A stretch of 64,000 bases of DNA, taken from IMG/VR virus record IMGVR_UViG_3300044796_000401; one strand, written 5' to 3'. The DNA comes from a virus. Lineage: Duplodnaviria; Caudoviricetes. The position numbers were made by a program, and so were the translations under genes. The notes under the pieces were generated by a model. That model was given only the letters and a program-made list of their open reading frames with translations, was not told the origin of the DNA and made no database searches. Positions 16,116 through 25,975 of this stretch are shown piece after piece (positions within the stretch are counted from its first letter, which is position 1; each line of letters starts with the position of its first letter).

Positions 16116-18202
16116 TAATCGACATCCACCTTGAATGAAGCGTTCGACTCCACGTCGAGCCGATCCGGTTCGTCAGCACTAATATCCTGCTGCGCTGCCG
16201 GGCCGGACAGATCGTACTCGTTCAAGATAGAGTGCCCGTCTTCCGCCTTCTTCGACGCCGTCTTCTTGCTCGGGTCGTTCATGCCCGGATAGGCAAGAAT
16301 CGGGGCATCCCCGCTGCTGGCGACCACCCGGTCCGCCGGAGGACGCACCTGTTCGAGCGTGCGAAGCGCCTCGGGCTTGAACCCGACCCTTGCGAGGAAG
16401 GACTGGTCGGATGCGTTGACCTGAATCCGCCCCGGCACCCTCTTCAGTTTGGCGAGGTACTGGGCTACGACCCTCTTCGCTTCCGGCGTGCCCATCTTCT
16501 TGGCGGCGACGGCAAAAATGCGCTCGATGCTGTGCCCCTTCTGGTGCATCAGCCTGACATCAGCCGCGGTGATCGCCGCCTCGGCCGATTCCTTCTGTTG
16601 CGCCGCCACGACGGAAGCCGTGCGCTGGGCGAAGTTGCCGCTCACGCGCATCGCGCCGCGGTCTTCCTCGACCGGGCGTGCCGGGCGTCCAAAGTGGCTC
16701 GGGCAGGAAGCGCACTTCGCGCTGCCTTCGAACTTCTCGTTGCGGATGCCGATGGAGTTCAGGAATTGGAGGTCGGACGCGGCTATCACGATCCTGCCCC
16801 TGTCGTTCTTGCGGAGCGACTGGACGAAGCCCCTGAATGCCACGCTGGTCTCGATCGAGCCGAACTTCTTGTCGGCCCACTTGTAGGCGTCCTTGAGGGA
16901 TACGCCCTTGTCATGGAGCTTCGCGAGGTGCCCGGAAGTGAATGTCCGCCGCACGGGCTGCGTGCGGGCCGCCTGATTATAGACACTGGCGTCGGCGGTC
17001 TTGACGATCTGCGTCTGCGCCGTCTTTCCGGCGTCGAACGGCTGGACATGCTCGTCCGTGCGGTTGGCGATTTGCACCAAGGCGGCGCGTTTCTGCTTCA
17101 GCGGCACGCCGGGCGTAAGGTTGTTCACGATCTGGCTGAGTTCCCCAGCGTTCGCCACGACCGGGAGGTGGTACAGATTGCACCGCTTGCCAGATGCGTC
17201 CTTCTTGAAGAACGTACAGCCGGGGCACGCCCCGATCTGCTTGACGCTCTTCGCCTGCGGCTTGATGCCAGCCCTCTTCATCCCCTCGAAGGAGGCGACG
17301 CACTCGTTGGAGCCGCTGCTGCCCGTCACTTCGTAGGGCTTGGTGCTGAAGATGATGCGGTCGCAATGCGGGCAAAGGCTGTTGCCTTGGAGAACCTTGG
17401 GGACGACATCCTTTTTGCACTCGGTGCAATACAGCTTCCCGCCGAAGCTCATGCTTTTCGCTTCCTCGACGCCCTTGTTCCAGGCAAGCTCGTCCTGCTC
17501 GCAAGTGCACCTGTCGCCGGGCTTGTGGCACAATGCGCAGGTATCGTGCTTCAATGCCCCGGCGTTGTGGCGATAGTTCGGATTCTGCTTATCCATAAAC
17601 GTGTTGGGCTCAAGGTAGGCCATGCCCAGCATTCCGGCATTGCGCTGGAGATAATCGGTCGCCGTCGTGTGGTTGAAAAGCTCAAGCTCGGCCAGCTTTT
17701 CGAGCTTCTGGGCGACCTTCGCCGGGGACGTGCCTTGGTTGAGCAGCCCGCGGATGTACTTCTGGACCGCGGCATCGGTGACTTCCTTCTTGTCGGCGGT
17801 GTTCTCCTTCAGGTTTCCCCCGGACGCGGCCTGTTCCAAGCTCATCGTGACTTCGTTGAACAGCGAATCGCTGTCGCCGTAAGCGTTGCGGTACTCATCT
17901 TCTCGGGAGTAGGCGTCCTTGTGCCAATTCTCCTGCACGGCGGAGACCCGAGGAGACGCTTTCTCCTTCTCGCGAAGGCGATCCGTGAGGGTGGCGCTCT
18001 TCGACGGCGGGATGGGGGTGTGCTTCGAGGCCGATTCCGAGATTTCGTCCATGAAGTCCCGATCGATGAGGGAATGCGTGCGGTCGAGCGTTTCCTCGCC
18101 GGACTTTTTTGCCTCGTCAAGATCGAGGTCTTTCCACGAGGGTTCCCTGGAGTCAAGAATTTCATCCAAAATACTTGTATAAGGCAGTTTTTCTTTCGCC
18201 AT
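16115..18202 (-). CDS. modular Zn-binding hypothetical protein (~695 aa)
   Basis: Start re-called at MAKEKLPY. Several CxxC clusters and KTA/KKA motifs. Confidence 0.7.
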   Translation of the reverse strand: MAKEKLPYTSILDEILDSREPSWKDLDLDEAKKSGEETLDRTHSLIDRDFMDEISESASKHTPIPPSKSATLTDRLREKEKASPRVSAVQENWHKDAYSREDEYRNAYGDSDSLFNEVTMSLEQAASGGNLKENTADKKEVTDAAVQKYIRGLLNQGTSPAKVAQKLEKLAELELFNHTTATDYLQRNAGMLGMAYLEPNTFMDKQNPNYRHNAGALKHDTCALCHKPGDRCTCEQDELAWNKGVEEAKSMSFGGKLYCTECKKDVVPKVLQGNSLCPHCDRIIFSTKPYEVTGSSGSNECVASFEGMKRAGIKPQAKSVKQIGACPGCTFFKKDASGKRCNLYHLPVVANAGELSQIVNNLTPGVPLKQKRAALVQIANRTDEHVQPFDAGKTAQTQIVKTADASVYNQAARTQPVRRTFTSGHLAKLHDKGVSLKDAYKWADKKFGSIETSVAFRGFVQSLRKNDRGRIVIAASDLQFLNSIGIRNEKFEGSAKCASCPSHFGRPARPVEEDRGAMRVSGNFAQRTASVVAAQQKESAEAAITAADVRLMHQKGHSIERIFAVAAKKMGTPEAKRVVAQYLAKLKRVPGRIQVNASDQSFLARVGFKPEALRTLEQVRPPADRVVASSGDAPILAYPGMNDPSKKTASKKAEDGHSILNEYDLSGPAAQQDISADEPDRLDVESNASFKVDVD

Positions 18203-18204
18203 AG

Positions 18205-19200
18205 TTATGCGGCAGCCGAGGCTGCTTTCTCCTTCTTTAAACATGTAACTTGTGCTCTGTTGGCGCAAGCGGAACTACAATATTTTCTTACTCCCGCGAG
18301 ACACAAATCCCTCCTGCGCAAGACAATCGAAGAACCGCACGTTAAACACACATTCGGATGGGTAAGGTATTCATTCCATTCACGATTATGACGTTCTCGA
18401 ACCGATTCGCTGCGCAAAGTACGCACAAAACGATATACGCCTTGAACGCCTTTGGTATACCCGAGTGCTTGTAACCGCCCCCAAATTGTAACCCCGTCTA
18501 GCTGTGGCATTTGTTGGAGCCATGAAGTGACAATCTCCCGAAAGGGCTCGCACTCCCTATGAATACGAGGACTCAAAAGTTGTACTTGACGCATTCTATC
18601 TGCCTGAGCTTTACGCCGTGTGGCGGTCCAATGCTCTTGCTGTTCTTTTCTAAAAATCGGATCATTCCAAGCAGCTTTAGAGATTAAACTCATACGTGTT
18701 TTTATGTCTGCCGGATATTCCCGTTGCTTGTTGTACGCAGTAAAACGCTCTCCGTGGCGCTTTTTACGTTCGTGGTTGGATTGCCATGCTGCCTTGCGCG
18801 ACGCGCTCTGTCTGTCACGGAATTCCTTTGATAACCACAACCGCTTGGAAATCCCGCTTTGTTGTTTTCGCCTTGCGGGTGAGAGTTTGATTCCAGAATT
18901 CCTGCCCGCTAGCGGCATGACGTTGTACCCATTTTTAACCGCGTCGAACGAGTTTATCGCCATCTGTTCGTGCCACAACAGGTCTTCCTTTGGGCAAAAC
19001 GCCAACATCTCAAATTCAAAGGCGGCGGGTCCGTATTTATTCCAAGCGCGTTGAAAATGGATGCTGTGGTGCCCGTTGGCCTTAAGAAGCCTTAGATGGG
19101 CAGCTTTTCGTTCTCGTACTTTGGCAGAACTCCCAATATAGGATTTCTGGGTGATTGTGTTCAGCCAGCGATAGACCCCGCAATTGAAAAAGTCTGTCAT
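18205..19200 (-). CDS. GIY-YIG homing endonuclease
   Basis: GVYRWLNTITQKSYIGSS...FQRAWNKYG...E...GYN motif set. AT-rich. Confidence 0.88.
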   Translation of the reverse strand: MTDFFNCGVYRWLNTITQKSYIGSSAKVRERKAAHLRLLKANGHHSIHFQRAWNKYGPAAFEFEMLAFCPKEDLLWHEQMAINSFDAVKNGYNVMPLAGRNSGIKLSPARRKQQSGISKRLWLSKEFRDRQSASRKAAWQSNHERKKRHGERFTAYNKQREYPADIKTRMSLISKAAWNDPIFRKEQQEHWTATRRKAQADRMRQVQLLSPRIHRECEPFREIVTSWLQQMPQLDGVTIWGRLQALGYTKGVQGVYRFVRTLRSESVRERHNREWNEYLTHPNVCLTCGSSIVLRRRDLCLAGVRKYCSSACANRAQVTCLKKEKAASAAA

Positions 19201-19520
19201 TAATCGAAGCTCAAATCATCAAGAATGTTAGCCAAAAACGTGGCTGGCTTATCCTCGGGGGCACCGGGGATTGAGTCCCCATCGTCAACCTCAGAGCCGA
19301 CTAATTTCCGTATTTTTCCGTCCTTGACCTGCCAGAAATCGTGGGATGCGGGGCATTCGTAGATCGACCCAGCTACCCGAGTCAGCCCCCAACTGGCGAT
19401 CTGCTGGCGGACCTCCTCGGAATAGGCCGCCAAGCTGGCGAAGTGGTTCTTGGAAAATACTGTTTCCGTGGCCTTTTCGCTGCCGAGGCCGTACACCTTT
19501 TGGGGATAAGTTTTGCGCAT
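19200..19520 (-). CDS. conserved-looking hypothetical protein (MRKTYPQK..., 106 aa)
   Basis: 3' part of ORF 19200..20351. ATG at 19520 follows the repeated promoter motif and GAGG; TAATG overlap with the GIY-YIG gene. Confidence 0.7.
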   Translation of the reverse strand: MRKTYPQKVYGLGSEKATETVFSKNHFASLAAYSEEVRQQIASWGLTRVAGSIYECPASHDFWQVKDGKIRKLVGSEVDDGDSIPGAPEDKPATFLANILDDLSFD

Positions 19521-19591
19521 AGTGCCCTCACTTAAAGGGGCGAAAGTAGGTTTCCACACAAAATACCGCTTTTTCGACCCTCTATTAGGGG
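19521..19591. promoter_or_regulatory. divergent pair of putative phage promoter motifs
   Basis: Minus strand TTTCGCCCCTTTAAGTGAGGG (19525-19545); plus strand TTTTTCGACCCTCTATTAGGGG (19570-19591). Confidence 0.45.
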
Positions 19592-19631
19592 CCTTGAAAG
19601 TCCGACTTCCGCCCGCTTTATTGAGGAAACC

Positions 19632-20456
19632 ATGCAGATCAAAAACATCGGTATTTTCGACTCGACAGCCATAATCACTTCGCCTCCGGCCGCCACCGCA
19701 ACCGGGGCATGGATCGACATCAGCAACCTCGTCTCTTTGTCCGTGCATATCACGGGAGTCGAATCCAAGACGTGGATCGAGGTCAGCAACGACCCCTACG
19801 TCAACATCGACGGCAGCGGGGCCTCGGGCACCGACCTCGTGGCGGCACCCGTCTCTGGACCGACCCTGAGCCAAGGCCCGGCGGCGTTCGGCGGCCTCAG
19901 CAACCAAGGCACCTACTTCGTCAAGGTCACGTACATCACCCCTTGGGGCGAGACCACGGCAAGCCCGGAGTCCAGCCTCGCCGTCAGTGACAACTATGTC
20001 CTGTTCATCGCCCCGCCCCCCGCGGACGTGACGGGGTTGGCCGCGGGCTGGAACGCCTACGTGGGCAAGTCCAGCGGCAAGGAAGTGCTTCAGACCGGAC
20101 CGGCCTACATCCCGGCGCATACCGTGGACGCGACCCCCGGCATCCATTTCGCCATCAACGGCGTCCTTCCCTTGGGCATCGGCCTGAGCCTGGTGAACGG
20201 CTACGCCAGCACGGGCGTGGCGGTCCCGGCTTCCAACACGGCTGGCGGCATCGGCGTGGGAACAAACGTGTTGGGCACGAGCGGCGACCTCAGTTCCGCC
20301 TCGCAGACGGACGCCGCGATCTCCATTTTCAAGGACACCAACAACAACCAAGTGGTCTGGTCTCCGGCGGGCATGACGTGGAAATGGCTCCGCGTGCGCA
20401 AGACCCCGCTGGGCTCGCTTGACACCGTGGCTTGGCTGACAGGGCAGAACGGATAA
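19632..20456 (+). CDS. putative virion structural protein, G/A/T/S-rich beta-sandwich type
   Basis: GAGG SD and composition typical of surface or decoration proteins. Confidence 0.65.
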   Translation: MQIKNIGIFDSTAIITSPPAATATGAWIDISNLVSLSVHITGVESKTWIEVSNDPYVNIDGSGASGTDLVAAPVSGPTLSQGPAAFGGLSNQGTYFVKVTYITPWGETTASPESSLAVSDNYVLFIAPPPADVTGLAAGWNAYVGKSSGKEVLQTGPAYIPAHTVDATPGIHFAINGVLPLGIGLSLVNGYASTGVAVPASNTAGGIGVGTNVLGTSGDLSSASQTDAAISIFKDTNNNQVVWSPAGMTWKWLRVRKTPLGSLDTVAWLTGQNG

Positions 20457-20577
20457 GAGCTTCCCCCGTCCAATCTATGCCCGACTCGTGTCGGGCTAAG
20501 CATCAAGGTGCCGGGGCTGGGGGATGAAACAAAAGTCCCGGCACTGTTATTAGCATAAAAATTGAGTATTTATAGGC

Positions 20578-21456
20578 ATGCGATCAGGACGCACGTACGA
20601 AGTTTTTGTGGGCGGTAGGCCCGTGGGGCTCGTGGGGAGCACCATACGGACACTTGCTAAGCGAAGAGTAAATGGTTACACAAGACGCTTTGGTCAAGGC
20701 GTTGAACTTCGTCTCATCCGCGAAATCCCTCGTCCTGAGGACTATTCCGACTCGGACTACAATTTCTATCTCAAGGCTTGCGAGGCGATGGACATCGCCC
20801 GCAAGAAGACCTACATAGAGCACGGCGGACTGAACAAGATTTCCCCGTTGATTCAGGCATATGGGAAATCTATCCTTGAAGAGGAGATGGGGAAAATTGG
20901 AGGTCGTATCGGCATCCGTAAAATGCCCCGAGAAGCGATGCTCCGCGGTGCGAGTAATGCGGGTAAGATTGGCATTAAAAAGATGTCACGTGAAGCAAAA
21001 GTTCGCGGTGCACTAAACCAGCCTCGGGAAGCAAAAGTACGGGGCGGCCTTACGCAAGGTCTGAAACATAGAGAAAACGGTACGGGTATATTTAGCTTAA
21101 CGCCGGAAGAACGTAAACAGGCTAGTAGTAAGGGCGGGCGTAAAGCTGTTGAGAGCGGGCATCTGGCCAAAGTACGCACCGTAGAACATCAGCGAGAAGC
21201 GGGGCGTAAGGGCGGACGCAAGAGTGTTGAATCGGGGCATCTAGCACGTATTCGTGCGCCGCTTGATCATACTTCAGAACATCAAAGGAGAGCGGGTTGT
21301 ATTGGTGGTCGGATCGGTGGACCCGTTTCTATTCGTAAAATGCCCCGCGAAGCAAAAGTCCGTGGAGGTCAAATTAGTGGCTGTAGACGTTGGAACGTCA
21401 ATCGTGGAAAGCCCTGCACTTGCGGGCAGCATCGAAACTACTCCATCATGGTATAG
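20578..21456 (+). CDS. putative homing-endonuclease-like protein with REAKVRGG and GRKxVESGHL repeats
   Basis: Possible degenerate GIY-YIG-like N-terminus and basic Gly-rich repeats shared with 36025..36849. Confidence 0.55.
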   Translation: MRSGRTYEVFVGGRPVGLVGSTIRTLAKRRVNGYTRRFGQGVELRLIREIPRPEDYSDSDYNFYLKACEAMDIARKKTYIEHGGLNKISPLIQAYGKSILEEEMGKIGGRIGIRKMPREAMLRGASNAGKIGIKKMSREAKVRGALNQPREAKVRGGLTQGLKHRENGTGIFSLTPEERKQASSKGGRKAVESGHLAKVRTVEHQREAGRKGGRKSVESGHLARIRAPLDHTSEHQRRAGCIGGRIGGPVSIRKMPREAKVRGGQISGCRRWNVNRGKPCTCGQHRNYSIMV

Positions 21457-22061
21457 AGTTCCAACATAGTTTTTGATTGTCCGACCGGGTGTGCATTATC
21501 CCCAGTACAATCGCATATAGCTACAGCCCGCTTAAAATCGGGCACGGACCATCCGGGGATAATAAGGCAGTGCCGCCTATCGTATAACGGTTGAATCCCA
21601 GCATCGTGAAGCACGCTTCCAACCCAACGATCCTCTGCCCACTCTCCTGTAGGAATCTCAGCGTTAGCTACTATCTTCATCGCACGTTCGTCCAACCAGT
21701 ACGCAAACCCGCTACACCATGGTTTTGGGGGGGTTTGATTAACAAATCCTGTATAGGAATTGGTTGGCAAAGCAGCGAGCATGCGTTGGGGGTGTACGCA
21801 TGTATCATCGTCGAGCTTGCAGACTTTCTGGTATCCGTTCGCCAGCGCCCATTGGAGCATCAGCCGTACCTTGAGGGGAAGGCTGTGATAGTCGTCGGGA
21901 CAACCGTCAAGAAAAACCTCATCAGGAAGCGGTTCCCTTTCTTGTTTGGCGAGGAAAAAGCGGACATCCGCGCCCTTGACAAGCGGCACCCACGTCGCCC
22001 GCTGGGCGTCGGCTCGTGCCTTGAATTTTTCGCAGGTTACGATGGCTAGGAGGAGTTTCAC
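21438..22061 (-). CDS. GT31/Fringe-like glycosyltransferase
   Basis: R.TW, DDYHSLPLK, KLDDDT (DxD) and CSGFAYWL motifs. Confidence 0.75.
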   Translation of the reverse strand: MKLLLAIVTCEKFKARADAQRATWVPLVKGADVRFFLAKQEREPLPDEVFLDGCPDDYHSLPLKVRLMLQWALANGYQKVCKLDDDTCVHPQRMLAALPTNSYTGFVNQTPPKPWCSGFAYWLDERAMKIVANAEIPTGEWAEDRWVGSVLHDAGIQPLYDRRHCLIIPGWSVPDFKRAVAICDCTGDNAHPVGQSKTMLELYTMME

Positions 22062-22711
22062 GATTGTATGCCTTTTGCTTTTTCATGCATGGCGTACAAG
22101 TTTGTTTTATCCCGTAAATTTATCTGAGGAAAGCGCGCGGCATTATGACATGTGATGGTATCGTTGTTCGGTTGTGGCCCGATAAGGGTTGTGATGATGC
22201 GGTAACGAGGGTCATTGAACGGGATGATGCCCACTGGAACAAGTATCTGGCATACCCACCAGTCTTCGGTGTAACCCGCGGCAACTTTGCTTTCCTTTCC
22301 CCTCACTACCGCTTCCATGGCTCGACGACTGAGCCAATACCCCGTTCCCCCATACACGGCGTCTATACGTCCTTGGTCTAGTCCCTGTACGCAGCCTGAA
22401 TAGTCGTGTTTCTCGAACCCCGAGGCGAGAAGTCGTGGTATGCAAATATAGGTGTCTGTGTCGCCCTTAAAAGAGTGGTCGTAACCGTGTTCAAGTGTCC
22501 AAACAATCATCCCCAATGTTTTCAAAGAGAGAGAGTGCAAATCATCGGGAACATCGAGAAAAATTTCATCCGCCGCGGCTTCTCCCTTGGGGTTGCCTAA
22601 GAAGAACTTAATATCAATAGCACCGTTATTCAGACCCATCCAAGTGTCCCGAATCTGTTCATGGCATCCCCGGTCGCGGTGGCAGCTTTGAATGGCTAGG
22701 AGAATGCGCAT
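22058..22711 (-). CDS. GT31/Fringe-like glycosyltransferase
   Basis: Start re-called at MRILLAIQSC. IRDTW, DDLHSLSLK, KGDTDT, GGTGYWLS and EDWWV motifs. Confidence 0.75.
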   Translation of the reverse strand: MRILLAIQSCHRDRGCHEQIRDTWMGLNNGAIDIKFFLGNPKGEAAADEIFLDVPDDLHSLSLKTLGMIVWTLEHGYDHSFKGDTDTYICIPRLLASGFEKHDYSGCVQGLDQGRIDAVYGGTGYWLSRRAMEAVVRGKESKVAAGYTEDWWVCQILVPVGIIPFNDPRYRIITTLIGPQPNNDTITCHNAARFPQINLRDKTNLYAMHEKAKGIQS

Positions 22712-23733
22712 GCTTCCCCTGTGTCCCGGACGACATGCACCGCCTTGTCGTCCCATAGTTGCGCCATATTGTGGTCCTTTTCGCAAGTTACAGCAAACCG
22801 CTTTCCCAAATGCTTCTCGCACCAATCGCCCATCCGGCTCTTGAGTTCGTCCATCTCGGACTCGGATTGCAGCGTGCCGTCTTTGTTTCTGGGACATACG
22901 CGTGCGGTAAAGATGCGGACTTCCGTGCCTTGGGCAAGCCACGTCTTCACCCGTTCGACCATCGGTGGTATTGGCGGCCCGAGGGGACCGTTCCATTGCT
23001 TGGAAATGCTGACTGCCAGTGTTCCGTCGAAATCTACGCCAATCCAGCCAAGCCCCGGCCACCTATCTTGGGCAAGGCTGTAGTTTTGCACAGTGCCGAT
23101 GTCCATGATGAATTCAGAAATGGGATAAGCCGACATGCGGTTTATAAGCCGAGGTAAGACATCGAATCCCAAGTCTGCCGGAGTGCGTTGCGGAATGTCC
23201 CTTAGCAACTCGGGGGTGGCAACCATGATTCCCGAGAAAGCCCAGTCGCTCCTTGGCTCAGTGGGTTTTTCCACGAATTCCCGCACGACGAAATTATCGT
23301 CAAAAACTGCGATTCCGCATCGGCTGGGTTCTCCCACTTGGTAGACCCCGATTGTTGCGGTTGAATGCGTTTGGCGGTGGAAGGCGAGCATCCGGCCCAA
23401 ATTTGCCGTGGTGAGCACGTCCGCATAGAATACCCAAAAATCGTCTCCCGCTATCCATTCTCGGTTTGCGCCGATGGTTCCGGCGGAGCCCAGCAAAGTC
23501 GGTTCCTCTACAACTCGGATTTTCATGCCGTGATATTGGCTAAGCACGGGGCGGACGGCTTCCGCATGGGCGTGCAAATTAAGCAGAATCTCATTGATGC
23601 CCGCTCGGCGGCAAATGTCCAGCCAAATGTCAAGCATCGGCGTTCCCCGAATCGGAACTAGGCATTTGGGGATGTTGTCGGTAAGGGGTCTGAGCCGGGT
23701 TCCGTTACCTGCCGCTAGGAGAAACGCTTTCAT
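22696..23733 (-). CDS. hddC: heptose-1-phosphate guanylyltransferase fused to a C-terminal HAD phosphatase
   Basis: LLAAGNGTRLRPLT..PKCL nucleotidyltransferase motif, adjacent to gmhA and hddA. C-terminal WIGVDFDGTL...FTAR...WDDKA HAD motifs. Confidence 0.8.
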   Translation of the reverse strand: MKAFLLAAGNGTRLRPLTDNIPKCLVPIRGTPMLDIWLDICRRAGINEILLNLHAHAEAVRPVLSQYHGMKIRVVEEPTLLGSAGTIGANREWIAGDDFWVFYADVLTTANLGRMLAFHRQTHSTATIGVYQVGEPSRCGIAVFDDNFVVREFVEKPTEPRSDWAFSGIMVATPELLRDIPQRTPADLGFDVLPRLINRMSAYPISEFIMDIGTVQNYSLAQDRWPGLGWIGVDFDGTLAVSISKQWNGPLGPPIPPMVERVKTWLAQGTEVRIFTARVCPRNKDGTLQSESEMDELKSRMGDWCEKHLGKRFAVTCEKDHNMAQLWDDKAVHVVRDTGEACAFS

Positions 23734-24283
23734 TTATGGCGTCCTTGAGATATTGCGACAGGATGTGGTTTAGAGAAAGGTGGAAATCCTCTACGACTCC
23801 GTAGTTGCGGGAAGATATTATAAGAGCGATATCCACCATCTCTTTCAGTTTTCCGCCGCCGAACCCGATAAAGCCTATCGTATAGATGCTCCGTCCGCGT
23901 GCGTATTCCGCAGCATGCAGGATGTTCGGCGAATTCCCGGATGCGCTGATGGCGATGAGGATGTCAGCGGGCTGCCCTTGCCGTCCAAGCTGTCGTTTTA
24001 ATTGTTCGCTGAAAACCGATTCGTAATCGACATCATTTCCCCATGCGGTTATGTTCGGCACATTGGTCAGGCTTACCACCCGCATCCCGGCGACTTTCTC
24101 GAAATCAACAGCCATATGGGAGGCCGTGGCTGCGCTTCCGCCATTGCCGATGATGAAAAGTGTGCCGTCGCACTTGCGGATAGCAAGTAATCGTTCTGCC
24201 GCCCGCTGCACCTTTTCCACATCAACCTCGTTGAAGCACTCCTGAATGTTTTTGCTGTACTCGGACAGCTTAGCCGCCAACAT
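23705..24283 (-). CDS. gmhA: sedoheptulose-7-phosphate isomerase
   Basis: IGNGGSAATASH, AWGNDVDYESVFSEQL, ISASGNSPNI and EDFH (SIS domain). Start re-called at MLAAKL. Confidence 0.9.
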   Translation of the reverse strand: MLAAKLSEYSKNIQECFNEVDVEKVQRAAERLLAIRKCDGTLFIIGNGGSAATASHMAVDFEKVAGMRVVSLTNVPNITAWGNDVDYESVFSEQLKRQLGRQGQPADILIAISASGNSPNILHAAEYARGRSIYTIGFIGFGGGKLKEMVDIALIISSRNYGVVEDFHLSLNHILSQYLKDAINESVSPSGR

Positions 24284-25235
24284 ATATGATCTTGCTCCCT
24301 TCTGGCGCATGCGCAAACTCAATCTGGCGAAGGCCGTTTAAGCTGTTCCGCACAGCGTCTTGCTTGTCGGGTTCGCAGAAAAACAAGAGGAATCCTGTCC
24401 CGCCAGCACCCAAAAGCTTGCCGCCCAAGGCTCCCGCTCGCTTAGCCGCCTCATAGTAATTGTCAATAGTCGGGTTTGAGATACCGCCTGACATTTTCTT
24501 TTTGCACTGCCAGCCGCAGTCTAATACCTCTCCCAACTCGCGGATGTCCTTATCTCCCGTCAGGCCGAGCCAGAAAACATCAACAAGCTCGCGTAGCCTA
24601 TGTAGGTGGTTGTCCTCCGAGGGCTTGATTTCCCCAAGTACCAGTGACGCATCCCGCGTCCCCCCCACGTAGAACAGCATAAGATGGTTGAAAAAGCTGC
24701 GTTGTCTTCCGGGTGAGCACAGCACGGGATCAACGAATACCGACCCATCGGAGTTGAATAGGTAGCGATGCAATCCCCCAAACGCAGCGGCATACTGGTC
24801 CTGCTTTCCTATCGGTGCCTTGAGCGTGTCGATTTCAAGCTTGCAGGCCTGCTCGGCTAGCTGGTGGGCTGTCTGCACACGACCGCAGAATCCGTGAAGA
24901 GCATTGAAAAGCCCAACTGTAAAGCTGCTCGACGAACCCATTCCCGTTCCTGCCGGGATGTCGGCGATGGATGTTATTTCGATTCCCGAGTCTACGCCTA
25001 CTTCCCGCATCACTTCACGGCATCGGTCATGGTGGACATCGGAAATGTGCTCCACGATCTCTGTCTGGGAATAGCTGATGCGAATCGTGTGGTCAAACCT
25101 GTGGTTCACCGTGATATAGACGTACTTGTTGATCGCCGTGCTGATCACCGCACCCTGACTCTTTTCATAGAACAGGGGCAAATCAGTGCCCCCACCGACA
25201 AAGCTCATGCGAAGTGGTGTTCTGGAGATGATCAT
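24270..25235 (-). CDS. hddA: D-glycero-D-manno-heptose-7-phosphate kinase (GHMP family)
   Basis: MIISRTPLRMSFVGGGTD, PAGTGMGSSS, GKQDQYAAAFGG and GGKLLGAGGTGF motifs. Confidence 0.92.
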   Translation of the reverse strand: MIISRTPLRMSFVGGGTDLPLFYEKSQGAVISTAINKYVYITVNHRFDHTIRISYSQTEIVEHISDVHHDRCREVMREVGVDSGIEITSIADIPAGTGMGSSSSFTVGLFNALHGFCGRVQTAHQLAEQACKLEIDTLKAPIGKQDQYAAAFGGLHRYLFNSDGSVFVDPVLCSPGRQRSFFNHLMLFYVGGTRDASLVLGEIKPSEDNHLHRLRELVDVFWLGLTGDKDIRELGEVLDCGWQCKKKMSGGISNPTIDNYYEAAKRAGALGGKLLGAGGTGFLLFFCEPDKQDAVRNSLNGLRQIEFAHAPEGSKIIYVGG

Positions 25236-25975
25236 ACCAATCCAGCGTCCCGCGCACGGGTGATGTCCAAGGAGACGTTCTCTATTTCTCCCAGTCGTGC
25301 GGGTTCGTAAACTATTGGAACGTTTCTCGTTGCAGAAAACTCTTCGGCTATGCTGGCCACGCTCGTCTCCACGCCGCTTCCGATATTGAATGTTCCCGCC
25401 ATGTCCAGAACGGTCGCCTTGATGAGCGCCTTGCAAATGACATCAATGTGAACAAAGTCCCGTGTCTGAGTTCCGCCATAGACCACTATGGGGTTATCCA
25501 TCCGGAAGTGCGCGTGCGCTGCCGCTTCTTTCCTGTCGCGGTCGTTGCCGCCGAAGACGTTTCCGAACCTGAGGATGACATGGTTCGGATGCAGTCGGCG
25601 GATGATCTGCTCCGCTAGGTACTTGGATTGGCCGTAGGGGGATACGCACCCGTTCCAACTAGCTTCTTCTTCCTTTGCAAAATGCCGGTTGCCGTAGATA
25701 GCGCCTCCGGTGGAGGAAAACACCAGCCTGCCGATCCTGTTACACGTCAGGAAGGGGATCAGCTTGAAAGCATTGTTGTCCAAGCATTCGTCTGGGTCTT
25801 CCAAAGACTGCGTCACGGACGCGTGGGCGGCTAGGTGGATCACAGTGTCGAACATGCGGCCGCGTATGTTCCCGAAGTCCTGACCGTCCTTCATGTCGCA
25901 GCTTTCTCCGCTCATTAGCTGCACCAGATGCGACCCGATGTAGCCCTTGTCGCCAGTGATAAGAAGTTCGTTCAT
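25232..25975 (-). CDS. NAD-dependent epimerase/dehydratase (extended SDR)
   Basis: ITGDKGYIGSH, HLAA, SSTGGAIYG, YGQSK, LRFGNVFG and RDFVH motifs. Start re-called at MNELL. Confidence 0.88.
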   Translation of the reverse strand: MNELLITGDKGYIGSHLVQLMSGESCDMKDGQDFGNIRGRMFDTVIHLAAHASVTQSLEDPDECLDNNAFKLIPFLTCNRIGRLVFSSTGGAIYGNRHFAKEEEASWNGCVSPYGQSKYLAEQIIRRLHPNHVILRFGNVFGGNDRDRKEAAAHAHFRMDNPIVVYGGTQTRDFVHIDVICKALIKATVLDMAGTFNIGSGVETSVASIAEEFSATRNVPIVYEPARLGEIENVSLDITRARDAGLV

